A stretch of 64,000 nucleotides of DNA from Carpediemonas membranifera BICM (taxonomy: Eukaryota; Protista; Fornicata), in the NCBI GenBank assembly GCA_019828565.1, contig JAHDYR010000069.1, positions 434,001 through 498,000 of the forward strand, read 5' to 3'. This document shows positions 30,528-42,160 of this stretch, piece by piece; within the stretch, counting starts at the first letter, position 1; every line of letters starts with the position of its first letter. Below the pieces are notes generated by a model. It was not told the DNA's origin. It worked only from the letters and a program-made list of their open reading frames with translations, and ran no database searches. The position numbers were made by a program, and so were the translations under genes.

Positions 30528-31583
30528 TTACATAGAATTAATGTCGTAGACAACGACCGCGTTCCGGAAGCCCTTGATGGCCTCCCACCGACCGAACCGG
30601 TGCTCCCGGGCCAGCCCCACCGCCAGCCGGCCCCCGCCCACCTCCAGACCGACCACGACACCGTCCAGCTGCACCGAGTCGACCAAACTCATCTCATACT
30701 CAGCGGTGTTGACACTGACGAGGTAGACACTGCCCCGAGTGTCGCCGGCCACGACCATGACGTCGCCTGCTTCACTCGCGCCAAGTACGGCGACAGTGGT
30801 CAGCCAGGGCTTCTCGTTAGTGGCCAGGTCGACCTGGGTGAGCTGCAGGTGGGTCACAGCCTTCTTCTTGTTGGCCCGCCAGAGGAAGACGGCGCCAGAC
30901 TGGGATGCGGTGATGAAGATGTCATGGGTCAGCATCACCACCGCCTCTGTCAGCTCCTCGGGCTTGTAGACCAGTTGGGTCATCTGCTCGGGCCGGCCCA
31001 GCCTGATGGACGCGTCGTGGGCGACCGTGGCGACTCGGTTGCCGTGGAACGCCGAGAGGGAGAGGATCGGGGCCTGGTGGCCGTACATGTTCTGCATGAG
31101 GATGCGGTCCTCGACGTCGTACACACGAATCGTCCGGTCAGCACCCGCGGAGAATAGAAGCTGCTTCTCTCCTTTGGGGTCCTTCGCAAAAGAGATCGCC
31201 TGGATGGCATCGCGATACATGCCGAAGGAATCGATCGATTCGCCAGTCTGGGCGTTCCACATGGCGAGAAGGCGGTCCTTGCCACCGCTGGCGAGGAACT
31301 GGCCGTCTGGTGAGACAGCGATGGAGAGGACTGCACCGTAGTGGCCTTCCACAGGTCCTCTGTTCGGGAACTTGGACGAAGACGTCAATTCCTTGCGTCC
31401 TTTCTTCGGAATAGCGCCTAGCGATGGCTTCTTCCAGAGTTCTTTCAAGTCCGGGAGCGAATAGGCCACAAGGTTCCCAGCCTTGTCTCCTATCCAGAGC
31501 ATCTCACCATGTGGATGAATACAGACGGCGGAAAGAGCTTTCTTCGAGATCCGCTTGCGAGAAAGCTCAGAAAGCGCCTCCAT
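30528..31583 (-). CDS. RRP9: U3 snoRNP WD40 protein Rrp9/U3-55K
   Basis: WD40 repeats, YGHQ, C-terminal EHRFGRW...RN. Confidence 0.85.
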   Translation of the reverse strand: MEALSELSRKRISKKALSAVCIHPHGEMLWIGDKAGNLVAYSLPDLKELWKKPSLGAIPKKGRKELTSSSKFPNRGPVEGHYGAVLSIAVSPDGQFLASGGKDRLLAMWNAQTGESIDSFGMYRDAIQAISFAKDPKGEKQLLFSAGADRTIRVYDVEDRILMQNMYGHQAPILSLSAFHGNRVATVAHDASIRLGRPEQMTQLVYKPEELTEAVVMLTHDIFITASQSGAVFLWRANKKKAVTHLQLTQVDLATNEKPWLTTVAVLGASEAGDVMVVAGDTRGSVYLVSVNTAEYEMSLVDSVQLDGVVVGLEVGGGRLAVGLAREHRFGRWEAIKGFRNAVVVYDINSM

Positions 31584-31753
31584 TGCTCAATCACCAGCGA
31601 TATACATGATGCCACATAAATCAGACAGACCGACGATTTGATGCAACCAATGCACCCCATACCCACACCAGCATATCCCTGCTTCCTCGATTATCCCACA
31701 CCACCGCCAGAGGCCCACCATCGGCTCTCTATTTACGAATTAACTCGATTTAT

Positions 31754-32407
31754 TTACATTGCCACACACCCCTGCTTCGACTTCGCGAGGGGCTCCATCG
31801 TCGGGTGATCCACTACCTGAGCGTCCACCACACGCTGCTGAACGTCGACGTCGGCCTTGCTCACACCCACACCGGCCAACCGGGCCGCGATACGGTAGAA
31901 CATGGCGTTGATGTTGTCCCCGCTCTTGGCACAGACAAAGAAGGACATGAAATCGTTGAGTGAGGCGAAATCCTGGTGCTTTTGGAGGCGGACAGCGCGT
32001 TGGTAGGACAAATCAGTCTTGTTGCCGACCAGTACAATCAGCGGCATCTTCTCAGTGCTGTACGTCTTCCGCACGAGGCGGTACCAGTCGTCGAGGTTCT
32101 GGAAACTCTGATAGTTGGTGATATCATACATCATGATCACGGCATGGGCACCGTACACGTAATTGCCGATCATGTTGCCGCCAATGGACTGTCCTCCGAT
32201 ATCCCATACTTGCAAAGTCACTTCATTGCCTTCTGGAAGCGCCATTTGCTTGGCGTAGAAGTCTAGGCCAATCGTTTGCTTGTATGCCTGCGCAAAATTG
32301 TCGCCTGTGAAACGCTGTGCAACAGAAGTCTTCCCAACGGAACCATCACCCAAAATAATTACTTTGAACTGCTGAAGACCAACGTCTTCGTCTGAATCGG
32401 AATCCAT
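31754..32407 (-). CDS. RAB28: Rab28 GTPase
   Basis: YKQTIGLDF, WDIGGQSIGG, YDITNYQSF, CAAX end CVAM. Confidence 0.92.
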   Translation of the reverse strand: MDSDSDEDVGLQQFKVIILGDGSVGKTSVAQRFTGDNFAQAYKQTIGLDFYAKQMALPEGNEVTLQVWDIGGQSIGGNMIGNYVYGAHAVIMMYDITNYQSFQNLDDWYRLVRKTYSTEKMPLIVLVGNKTDLSYQRAVRLQKHQDFASLNDFMSFFVCAKSGDNINAMFYRIAARLAGVGVSKADVDVQQRVVDAQVVDHPTMEPLAKSKQGCVAM

Positions 32408-32475
32408 CGCGAGGTGCATAAAATGCAATTTTTGACGAATTCAAAACAAAAACGCTTTATATACAGCCGCAGACC

Positions 32476-33078
32476 CTAATCGAGCCTGTTGACAACAACA
32501 TTAGCTTCTCTCACCACCCGCTTCTCGCCGCCGACCTCCATCTCATATCCTTCAGCAACAACAGCGAGCACCTCGCCGTCCTTCTTGCTGGGGTCCTTGA
32601 TGATGGACAGTGCATGCTGTGTGTTGGGATCGAACAGGCTGCCCAGGCTCTCCACCCGCCGAACACCCAGCCTCTCCAAGGCCGCCTTCATTTGACGTTG
32701 GGTGGTTCCAACGCCGTCCGCAAAAATCTTGGCGGTCTTAGCAGGGACCTTCTTGCCCTTGGCGATCTGCGGGGGGATGGATTCGAAGGCACGGTCGAGA
32801 TTGTCGGCCACCTCGAGCATGTTCTTCAGCACCTTGATGGCGCCTTCCTGCTTGGCCTCAGCAAGCGCTTCCCGGCTCCTTTGGGCGGCGTTGCGCTGAT
32901 CAGCAATGGATCTGAGCAGCTGGTTCTTCGTGTCAGCGAGTTCTTGCTGGCAAGTAGCGAGCTCGTCAGAGATGCTTACTGAAGCTTCCTCCGCAGTGGA
33001 ATTGAAGCGAGGGAACTGTATACCACTGAAAATAGAGCTCTGCAGGGCAGGACGGAGTGAAACAAAGGTGCTCAGCAT
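32476..33078 (-). CDS. MGE1: GrpE nucleotide exchange factor (Mge1) with mitochondrion-type presequence
   Basis: LLRSIADQRN, LEVADNLDRA, FDPNTQHAL, RVVREANVVV; N-terminus MLSTFVSLRP...RFNS. Confidence 0.9.
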   Translation of the reverse strand: MLSTFVSLRPALQSSIFSGIQFPRFNSTAEEASVSISDELATCQQELADTKNQLLRSIADQRNAAQRSREALAEAKQEGAIKVLKNMLEVADNLDRAFESIPPQIAKGKKVPAKTAKIFADGVGTTQRQMKAALERLGVRRVESLGSLFDPNTQHALSIIKDPSKKDGEVLAVVAEGYEMEVGGEKRVVREANVVVNRLD

Positions 33079-33286
33079 CTGTTGGGCCTACGAAAATGAA
33101 GTTGTCAACGACGCCACTGTCAGCTCAGCCGGTGCTTTGCGGTGTTTAGCCCGGGGTGTGCTACCAGACTCCCCAGACTGTGCTGAGTCAGACATGGTCA
33201 AGCTGCAGTCAACGACAGTCCCAGGACAAGGGTGGGGGTGGCCTTCACGTAGCTAGTATTGTAACATAAACATCACAGCTACAGCC

Positions 33287-33853
33287 TCACTCGTACATCT
33301 CGCCCGGCCCCGAGGCAACGGTCACCGGGACATTACTCGCTGCCAGCTGCCGCCTGAGCTCCACGATCTCGTCCAGCCTGGCCTTTGCAACGTTGTCCAG
33401 CTCCGCCACCATGTCCGTCTGATCGTTGTACAGCCCTAGGATCCGGGCCGCCTTGGTCTGGGCTGTGTCTCTTGCCGTCAGGGCGGCAGCGAGCTCTGAA
33501 GCTGGGACAAGTTGGTCGCTTGGGAGTGACGAGAAGTCGATGGGCGGCTCGGGCTCGGGATCGGTCTGTATTGCGCAGTGGACGCAGGGCGCGGATAGGA
33601 GCGTCTGTAGTTTGGCCCTCTCGTCCTGCAGATACTCCACTTCCTGCGCTGCTATGCGTACTTGTGAGGTAAGCTTTGCTCTCAGTTCTTCAACTTCGTT
33701 CCTAAGCGTTGAATTTTGGTGAACCAACGCAACGTTCTTGGTTTCGAGCTCTCTGAAGTTGAACAGACGTTCAATTGTCAAATCCGGGTCCAAGCCAATA
33801 TTCTTTCCACGGAACTCTCCTTTTGTATAGCCACAATAGCTTCCTTCGTCCAT
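33287..33853 (-). CDS. Small coiled-coil protein
   Basis: Heptad-rich ORF. Confidence 0.6.
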   Translation of the reverse strand: MDEGSYCGYTKGEFRGKNIGLDPDLTIERLFNFRELETKNVALVHQNSTLRNEVEELRAKLTSQVRIAAQEVEYLQDERAKLQTLLSAPCVHCAIQTDPEPEPPIDFSSLPSDQLVPASELAAALTARDTAQTKAARILGLYNDQTDMVAELDNVAKARLDEIVELRRQLAASNVPVTVASGPGEMYE

Positions 33854-34081
33854 GCGAGCCGTCGCAGCGCGTTTTTTGGTCCTATCCTGCACAACGAAAA
33901 TCTCGAGATTGAGTCGATATACGGTCAGTAAACATCAGCCATGCCTTTAAAGGATGCTAATATACTCATTCCGCGTCCTCCTTCTGGCTGCCGCACCCTG
34001 GCTTTTGACCAGCATGCTCCATCCTCGTATTATTCATAAATGCGTCATCAGCGCAGTAAATCCACATCTATTCCTTTCTGC

Positions 34082-35464
34082 TCAGAGTAACCCGACCAGC
34101 ACCCGGATCAGCGTGTACAACAGCCCCAACACCGCCACGATAGCGACTGTCACCAGTGCTATGGTTACCAAGAACGACGTCCGAACGGGCAGAGTCCCGT
34201 CTCTCACGATCGACTCCATCTGGTCAAGCTGCCGCTGGATCTGCCCCAGGTGGGCCATGATTCCCTCGAGCGAGGGCTCTGTCTTCGACAGTCGCACAGT
34301 CGGCCACAGGAGCGCGTCCTCGCCGCCGTCGCCCCGCATCATCCGGAGACTGCTACCAGCTGGAAGCATGGGATCAGTCTGCCCGGCCACACCATCCTTG
34401 GCAATCCGGGAGAAGACATGGCTGGCCCGACGTGGTCCAGGGGGGCTCCGGCCCGGCGTGGCGGGGCTGACGTGGAGGCTGGCCAGCCTCAGGCGGGGGT
34501 CGACCACGGGTGACGTGCCGTAGGCGTTGGCCCCCTCAGCCTCGCTCAGCACGCCGTGGATGCGTTCGACGAGGATGGAGGAGTCGTCCAGGCGCATCAG
34601 CTCGCGGTTGACTGCGGCGACCACGCCCTTTTGTAAATCCAACAGGGCCGACCGCTGCTGCTCGAACAGCTCGTTCTGGGCCTCCAGTCTGGCCACATCC
34701 CCCGTCGCCGAGTCGACCTTCTCACTCAGCTCCCTCACCGCGGTCAGGGCGTCGAGCTGCCGTCGGAGCGTCTCCATGTCCCGCCTCGAAGCTTCCAGCG
34801 CCTGCCTCAGAGCCTCGTTCTCCTCTATAGCGGCGGTCTGGGCATCTCTAGTCTGGTCCAGCTCGGCCGTCACGGAGCTGAGGGTGCGGGACAGGCCGTC
34901 GAGCTTCGTCTTATACCCTGCCGCTTGGCCATTGTTCACCTCCATGGTGTCCAATGCGTCGGCCAGGGCGTCTCTGTCCTCTCGGAGCTCTGTCACCTCC
35001 TTGTAGAGCGCGGACATCCTGTCTGGTAGAGCTGCGGATCTTGACGCCATTGAGGGCCTTCGGGACTGGCCAATGGTCGAAAGAGCCGGGGTGGCGCTTG
35101 TTATGCGCTCGCGATCAGGCGAGAGTGCCGCCTCCGAGATAACGCCGGGGTCGTCCTCGTCGCCGGCAGGTCCCATGTCTCGGAAGATCGAGAACACGGC
35201 GTAGATGTCGATGGAGGCCTCATTGTCGGGGAACAAGCGGCTAATTACGCGGCTGCGATCTGATTCGGAAAGGATGGTTTCTAGGAACAGTTCTAGCTTC
35301 TGCCTTTGAATCTGGCCGTCCTCGTCGGTGACAGATGCTAGTTCTTCGGCAAACTCTTGGAAGTCCGGATCATATGCACCGCCTGCATTTCCTAGTTCTG
35401 CTCTTGTCATGTGAACGCTCTCCATTGCCGCGCGGTGCTGACTATCACCAGACATAAACTGCAT
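34082..35464 (-). CDS. Tail-anchored coiled-coil protein with putative N-terminal EF-hand-like pair
   Basis: TDEDGQIQRQKL loop, central coiled coil, C-terminal hydrophobic helix. Confidence 0.65.
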   Translation of the reverse strand: MQFMSGDSQHRAAMESVHMTRAELGNAGGAYDPDFQEFAEELASVTDEDGQIQRQKLELFLETILSESDRSRVISRLFPDNEASIDIYAVFSIFRDMGPAGDEDDPGVISEAALSPDRERITSATPALSTIGQSRRPSMASRSAALPDRMSALYKEVTELREDRDALADALDTMEVNNGQAAGYKTKLDGLSRTLSSVTAELDQTRDAQTAAIEENEALRQALEASRRDMETLRRQLDALTAVRELSEKVDSATGDVARLEAQNELFEQQRSALLDLQKGVVAAVNRELMRLDDSSILVERIHGVLSEAEGANAYGTSPVVDPRLRLASLHVSPATPGRSPPGPRRASHVFSRIAKDGVAGQTDPMLPAGSSLRMMRGDGGEDALLWPTVRLSKTEPSLEGIMAHLGQIQRQLDQMESIVRDGTLPVRTSFLVTIALVTVAIVAVLGLLYTLIRVLVGLL

Positions 35465-35758
35465 GGTATCTATAGTTCGCGGGCTCTGTAGCGCCTACAG
35501 TTCTGTCATGTTGGATCTACTCATAGCGTGTAGAAGGCCAAAGTCCATGGCCGTAGCAGGTCTCGTTCGTGTGCTTGGAAAGGCACAAGATGGTACGGTC
35601 TCATCTCACAGCTGTCCCACTGTAGCGCTCCATCATGCTGTCAAACAGTCCTTGCGTGTCCCATTCTCTTCATATCGCGTAAAATCCATCGTCAAGATTT
35701 TTTCGCATCCGCAGATAAGCAGTGACCAAAAACGCAGACAGTTGCACAATTGCTTCGA

Positions 35759-36616
35759 ATGGAACCTCTTACCGATCGTCAAATGCCCATTTCTGATTGC
35801 AGCTATATCACACGCGAGTCTTTGTCCGAAATAGTTGGACCAAGAGCTCGTGAGAGCTGGCGCATCACTCTTGAGCTCCATTTGAGAAAGGAAGAGACTT
35901 CAACGCACTACAGAGACTATCTCGAGGATGTACAACACGGGTACATAACCAAGGAGATGCGCAAGGAAGCTATCCGCTTCATCGTCGATGTCTGCGCGTA
36001 CGATGCCCACCCATCCGTCGTCTGCGAGCGTTCGATCCGCCTCTTCGACCAGTGCCTCGCCTATTCGCAGGTTCGTCGTCAGGCTGTCCAACTCTTAACG
36101 CTTGGGGCAATCTCCGTCTCGACGAAACTTGAGGACGACGGGGGCGTCTCCCTGAACGACCTCGTCCGCTACTCCGACGGTCTCTACACCCCACCAGAGC
36201 TCATGGCGGCCGAGCAGCATGTCCTAGATGTCGTTAACTGGGATGCGTACGTCCCTTCGTCCCATCGCGCTCTCTCCTCCATGCTCGGCCTCCTCGCCTC
36301 GGACGGGGAAAAGGAGGAGCATATCGAGACCCTATGGGCACTCTCCTCGAGGTTTATTATCCTGTCGGTGGAGGACTATGGCATCTCCCAGATGCCCCCC
36401 TCTACGGTGGCCACTGGGGTGCTCACCGCAGCGCTCCTCTTCGTCAGGACTGCGACCTCCAGCAGAAGCTTGGACACCCTCGCCGGCATTGGGGTAGATG
36501 TGATCGCTGCTGAGGATGTCGCTAAGTATCTTCTGGTCCGTCGCAAGTTTACATCCCAGGCTGCCCCAACCCTCACCACTCCGCACGACGCCAAACGAGC
36601 GCTGGGGAGCAACTAA
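35759..36616 (+). CDS. Cyclin
   Basis: Cyclin box ITKEMRKEAIRFIVDV...QLLTLGAISVSTKLED...EQHVLDVVNWD. Confidence 0.87.
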   Translation: MEPLTDRQMPISDCSYITRESLSEIVGPRARESWRITLELHLRKEETSTHYRDYLEDVQHGYITKEMRKEAIRFIVDVCAYDAHPSVVCERSIRLFDQCLAYSQVRRQAVQLLTLGAISVSTKLEDDGGVSLNDLVRYSDGLYTPPELMAAEQHVLDVVNWDAYVPSSHRALSSMLGLLASDGEKEEHIETLWALSSRFIILSVEDYGISQMPPSTVATGVLTAALLFVRTATSSRSLDTLAGIGVDVIAAEDVAKYLLVRRKFTSQAAPTLTTPHDAKRALGSN

Positions 36617-37836
36617 CATGTGTACTATGGCGAAAGCAATAAAAAATGCAAGGTGAAAACGAAAACCCAAGCCGGCAGCGTATAGACATCCGAAGCAGCA
36701 CCGCTTCCCGAAGGATGGGCCCCGTGCGACGAGTATTCACCCGAGAGGCTTGAAATATTACTTGCCAGTGTCACGGGCTCCAGGATTTATGAATTTACTC
36801 GATTGTATGTAAACATGTACATACCATTATTCAGCCATTGCTTTTTATTTATTTCTATGATACATTAGGTCACGTATATAGGTAGTAGCCATCACTATGG
36901 CTCTGTAAAGGCATTCCCGCCTCACCAGGTGCTTTACCTTACCTTGCCCCTGAGTCCCGTTTCGAGCCTGTCTCGAACCATTCCCTGATGTTTCTCTGTC
37001 CCTGTCCTTGCCTTCAGGCAGGGATACTCAGGAGGGGGCGCATTGGTGTGACCCCCCTTTGGTTGCCGCCACAGCCCACTGGCAGTCGTGCATTTCAGCT
37101 AATGCCAGACCCTGGGTGGGAGCCAGGGGTTTTTGTAAAGAAAAAAAACTGAGTCTTATCCCTGAAATACAGCTCTTCCCTTGCTTTACTCTCTGCCTTT
37201 GCATATACTCTGGGCCTTAGAGGGTCCCTGTTCAACGGTGGCTGTGTTGCCAGGTGCCGGGGCCGTGTGGCAACGCCAATGAGAGGGAAAAGTGGCTTTA
37301 TTGATACGGCCAGGATCATGACCAATCAGGACTAAGAAATATCGTCACATCATTTGATATGACAGGCCGCACCCACTGGCTGGGGCGCCTCGGCGGCGAC
37401 AGGGAGGTGCCATCTCATCCGCAGACTGGAGCCGAATGATGGTCATCTCGATCGTGGCAAACGTAAGCCCATCGCCGGCCTCTGCTGAGAAGGGTTAAGA
37501 AGCCAAGCAGAGCGATAGCCAACCTAGCCCAGAATGACGAGCTCAAGTATGACGTACGGAGACGGTGCCCACTGTGCTCGAGGCAATCGGAGATCAGACT
37601 GGCGTGGAAGATACTCAGGGAGAAGCCCGCACCAGCAAGAGAGCAGAGTTTAATTTGAGACTGGGTAGCTGCACAGAAACTAGGAACAGCGTCACATATC
37701 GTCTGCGAATGCCCTGCAGTGGATAGAGGAGAAGAATGGGCGAAGCTATGGCATCAAGCTAGAGACAGCACCAGGCACCAAAGATTCCGGAAGGGCGAAG
37801 ACGGGGAATGGTTTAATGAGAGGCCCTTACTAGAAC

Positions 37837-40800
37837 TGTGGCCAAATAAAGAGAACTAATGACGAAGTGAGGTTTATTCGAAACCCGATCAAGGGCAAAA
37901 ATGGTTATAACTAAAATTGCCCAACACTTCTCTCTCTTAGAAGAGTGGGTGACACTCGAGATAATAGTCGAGAGCCTCGAGGTCCCTGACCTCGAGGTAG
38001 GGAAGCCATTGGTCGTCCTCGGCACCATAGCCATCCCAGCGGATGAGAAACTCGAAGGAGGTCTTGTTGGGGCCGCCACGGTGGGCCAGGATCTCTTGTA
38101 CAAGGTAGGAGTCCTCGTCCATGGCGACGAGCTCGATGTCAGTGAGGAGGCCATTGGAGACGAAGCGGCGGAGGCGTGTGGCGTGATAGGTCTGGGTGCG
38201 ACGAGTCGCAGGATTGATAACCTCGTAAATGTCGTTCGAGCGGGAAGTTATGGTGTAGGGGCCCATGAGCTTGGGGGTCAACTTGCTGTCGGGACGCGTC
38301 GGGTAGGTTACTAAGACCTGGTCGCCGATGGCAAAGACGTCCGAGGTTGAAGGTCTGATCCTGGTTAAGGCGGGCTGCTTGAACGAGGATCTCCTGGATT
38401 TGGACGATGTCTGGGTGCTCTCCCTCTCCCTGTGACACTACGTCGATGATGCTGCGGTCGAGGTTGACGGCGGTGCCGAAGACGAGGGCAGCGGGTGACA
38501 TGCCAATGCTAGAGTTGGTGGTAGCGTTAAGAAGGCGTTGGACCATGGGCAGGTACAGAGACCACTTGGAGGAGAGTCTGAGTTCAGAGGTCAAGGCGAC
38601 GAGATGACGGTTCACCTCGCGGTTGACCCTCTCGACTAGGCCGTTCGCGCGGTGGTGGTAGGGCAGCGTGACGGTGTGGGCCACGTGCAGGGAGGCCAAG
38701 ATCTCCTTGAAGAGCTTGGCAGTGAACTGGGAGCCGCCATCAGTGCGGACGGTCTGAGGGAATCCGTAGTGGCCGGCGAACTGGATGAATGCGCGGCAGG
38801 CAGACTCGGAGGAAGTTGAAGGGACAGCGACTAGCTCTGTAAAGCGTGAGAAGTTGTCAACCGTGACGATGATAAACTTGTTACCAAAGTCATCCTCCGG
38901 GAAGGGACCCATAGTGTCGATGGAGACGGCCACGAACGGGTCAGAGGAGAACGTAGGACGCAGGGTAGAAGTCGTCTTCTTGGCTGTCTCGCGGACCTTC
39001 TGACAGATGGGGCATGAGGCAATAAAGCCCTTGATGTCATCCAGCATGTTGGTCCATTCGATGCCGCGGAGCTTGAGGCGCTCCATGGTGGTCACCGCGC
39101 CCATATGGCCGGCGACGGGACCATGCACGGACTCAATGTCCACATGATGGTCAGACAGGGAAGTGACAGCCTTGAGACAGCGAGAGAGGACATCTGCGGC
39201 CGCGTTGTCGAGGCCGGGGATGTGATGAATCACGAAGACATACTCTTGGAGACGGAGGCTCCAGCGCACGACCTTCGGGGGTCTCACTGCGCGACATGTA
39301 GATCAAGTTCTTATGATCGGTCTGGACCTCGAAGAACTGGCCTCGGATGAACGGATCGAACTTGGTGATGGCGAAGAAGATTCCATATGCTTCTTGCTCG
39401 ATCGTGGCCCAAGCTGACTCAGTCATCGTGAAGCGGCGCGAGACGAAGGCGACAGGTGCCTCCCTTGCCGGAGACGGGATCTTGCTGCGCGAGGAGAGCG
39501 CCACAGCCGAGCGAAGAAGCGTCGGTCTTGATCACCAGGGGCTTCGAGTAGTCTGGGAAAGATAGGAGGGGTGCCTGGACGATAGCGCGCTTGACGGTGT
39601 CCCAAGCAGTCTGTTCGGACTCACCCCACTCGAAAACGGTCTTGGAGCCGCAGAGGTCGTACAGGGGAGCCATGATACGGGCGAAATCTGCGACATGGTC
39701 ACGGTAATAGTTCGCGAGACCGCAGAAGCTTCGCAGCTCGGAGGGGTTTGACGGAACGGTCATTGAGCCGAGGGCTTCCTTGCGCCAGCTGGAGATGCTG
39801 ATGCCCTGTGAGCAGACCGTGTGGCCGACGAACTCGAGCTCGGTGCGGAGGAAGACGCACTTGCTCAGCTTCAGGCGTAAGTTGTGGGCGCGGACGAGTT
39901 CGAAGACCTGATGCAGAAGGGAGTTGTGGCCCTCGATCGTAGACGCGTGTACGATGACATCATCAAGGTAGCACTCGACCCCGCGGCCCAAGAGTGGAGC
40001 TAAGATCCGCATCATGCCTCGCTGGAAGTAGGAAGGCGCGTTCTTGAGACCGAAGGGGACTCTAACGAACTCGTACAGGCCGTTGTGCGTGGCAAATGCA
40101 GTCCTAGGAACAGCTATTGCGTCGAGGGGGAACTGGTGGTAGCCACTGCGCAGGTCAAGCGTGGTGAAGTACTTGCTGCCATTCAGGCGAGACAAGATGG
40201 ACTTAATGTTCTGCAGGGGGAATCGGAAGTCGCGGCTGACTGAGTTGAGGAGGCGGTAGTCTACGACCATCCTATGTTCACCGTTCGTCTTTGGCACGAC
40301 GAAGCAAGGGGCGGAGTAAGCCGACTCCGATAGGCGGATGATGCCAGCCTCAAGGAGGGCCTCGACCTCTCGATCGATGACCTCAGTCATGGCCGGGGAG
40401 AGCCGGCGAGGGGGAACGTGGGTCGGAGTTTCGTCCGTGACGGCGATCTCCATAGGCTGAACCTTGGCAGGCTCACGAGGGATGGGACCGAAGATGTCTT
40501 CGAACTCGCGAGCGAGGGCTGCGACGTTTTCATCGAGCTCGATCTGGCCATCTTCGTCAAGGGGTGTAACCTCGCCGAGGTCCTGAGGCTCAGTCGCGGG
40601 AGGAGCCAGTAGGTTGAACGTTTGGATCACGTCGAACCCAAGGATGAGGGGCTCACCGGTGTTGAGGACGTGGGCGCTGATAGTACCTCCGACTGAGTGG
40701 GGAGACCTGTTGACCTTGATGTCAAGGAGCGTGCGATGGGCAGACGTGGCGATGCCATTGGCCGTGCTTATCTTGAGCTCATCAGGGATCATGACCAGGC

Positions 40801-41860
40801 CCAGAGACTTGGCCAGCACTGGGCTGATGAAGGATGAGGAGGCGCCTGTGTCGACCAGGGCGTCGACGCGGTCGGTGCTCTGGGGAGCAGGGGAGCCGAC
40901 GGGCGCGAAGGCTCGTACGTTGGTGCTGAGGCGCATGACTGGTCCGCTTGTTGCCATCTTCAGAGAGATGGGCGTCGTCCGGCGGCCCGTAGCGAAGAAG
41001 CCGGGCTTGGACTTGTTGGGGCAGTCAGGCCTAAGGTGGCCGGAGAGGCCGCATCCATGGCAGACAGGCTGCGGCTTGGCAGGGGTACCGGCAGGCTTAT
41101 GGTTGTCTGGTTTGTTGGATGGGAAGTGGGGAGCAGGCGCTGCGGTAGCGTGAGGACGAGTGGGGTGGAAGCTCGGAGGCGGACGTGTGGCCTGAGGGCG
41201 CGGGACCTCGGGCTGACCGAACTCGGCGATGGTGCGCTTGGCCTCAGCCAAGGTCTCGACCTCTTGGAAGGCGGCACGCTTGGCGTCGGCGAGCGTCTCA
41301 GGTTCGGAGGCCTTGACCCGGCGGCGCAGTGAATCTGGGGACAGTCCGCGGATGAAAGTGCGGCGTAGTGTCTTCTCATCGGGGAGGTAAGTGGAACAGA
41401 GGTCCTCGACGCGGTCGAACCTGTCGAGGTAGGCGAGCAGAGCGCTGTTGCTGGCCGTCGTGGAGGACATGGCGGTTGCTTCCAGCTTAGACAGAACGGC
41501 CTGAGTGCTCTTGGGAGCGAATAAAGCGGAGTAGATCGCCGACAGGACGTTTTCATCTGGAAGGTCGTCAAAGTTGTCAATGCGAAGGCGGATCAGGCGT
41601 AAAACACGGCTGGAAATGAGCATACGGACAGATAGTGCTCTGTCGTCGGGAACTTGGGCGGAATAGGCCTCGAACTTGTCGTTGAAGCTGCAGAAGGCCG
41701 TTTCGGAACGAATGTCGTTGAGAAAAGGGGCTGAAATCGTTTGATAGTCCATGGCGGTGAGTAAGCTTACTGTGGCCAAATAAAGAGAACTAATGACGAA
41801 GTGAGGTTTATTCGAAACCCGATCAAGGGCAAAAATGGTTATAACTAAAATTGCCCAACA
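37837..41860 (-). mobile_element. Full-length Ty3/Gypsy chromodomain LTR retrotransposon (element A, 4024 bp)
   Basis: Matching 90-bp TG...CA LTRs at 37837-37926 and 41771-41860; 4-bp TSD GAAC; purine tract at 37927-37938; gag-pol inside. Confidence 0.95.
37937..41752 (-). CDS. Gag-Pol of element A (Zn knuckle, protease, RT, RNase H, integrase, chromodomain), 3 apparent frameshifts
   Basis: CHGCGLSGHLRPDC, VDTGA, YLDD, TDAS, GH...CPIC, D-D-E core, chromodomain FLIRWDGY...DDQW. Confidence 0.9.
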
Positions 41861-42050
41861 GAACTACAGTAATTGGTAATATGGGGAAGGGAGGACGCAT
41901 GGAAGGGAATAAGAGCAGTACAAACAGAGCAAGCAAGAGAAAGTAGAGAGAAGGGGTGAGCCCAAGAACAGACCCTAAACCCTCAGGGGGCAAGCAGAGA
42001 CCCACTCAGCAGTGAAACAGAGACGCCCCACTCCTGGGATCAGTGAGGGG

Positions 42051-42157
42051 TGTAGCCTATGGCTATCTATATATATGATACTGACCATATTCACCATAGA
42101 AGGTTTACCTATAAATTCATTCCCGCTAAAGCCCGGCTCAGGCATCAGTAATTACTG
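42051..42157 (+). mobile_element. Candidate orphan LTR (TGTAG...CATCA, 97 bp) followed by palindrome GTAATTAC
   Basis: TG...CA ends, AT-rich, same CAGTAATTACTG junction as element C; no partner LTR seen. Confidence 0.5.
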
Positions 42158-42160
42158 GCC

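Noticed and set aside
36769-37364. TGTCA...TGACA segment as a solo LTR
   Set aside because: No matching TSD or partner copy in the window; probably element-derived, but the boundaries cannot be supported
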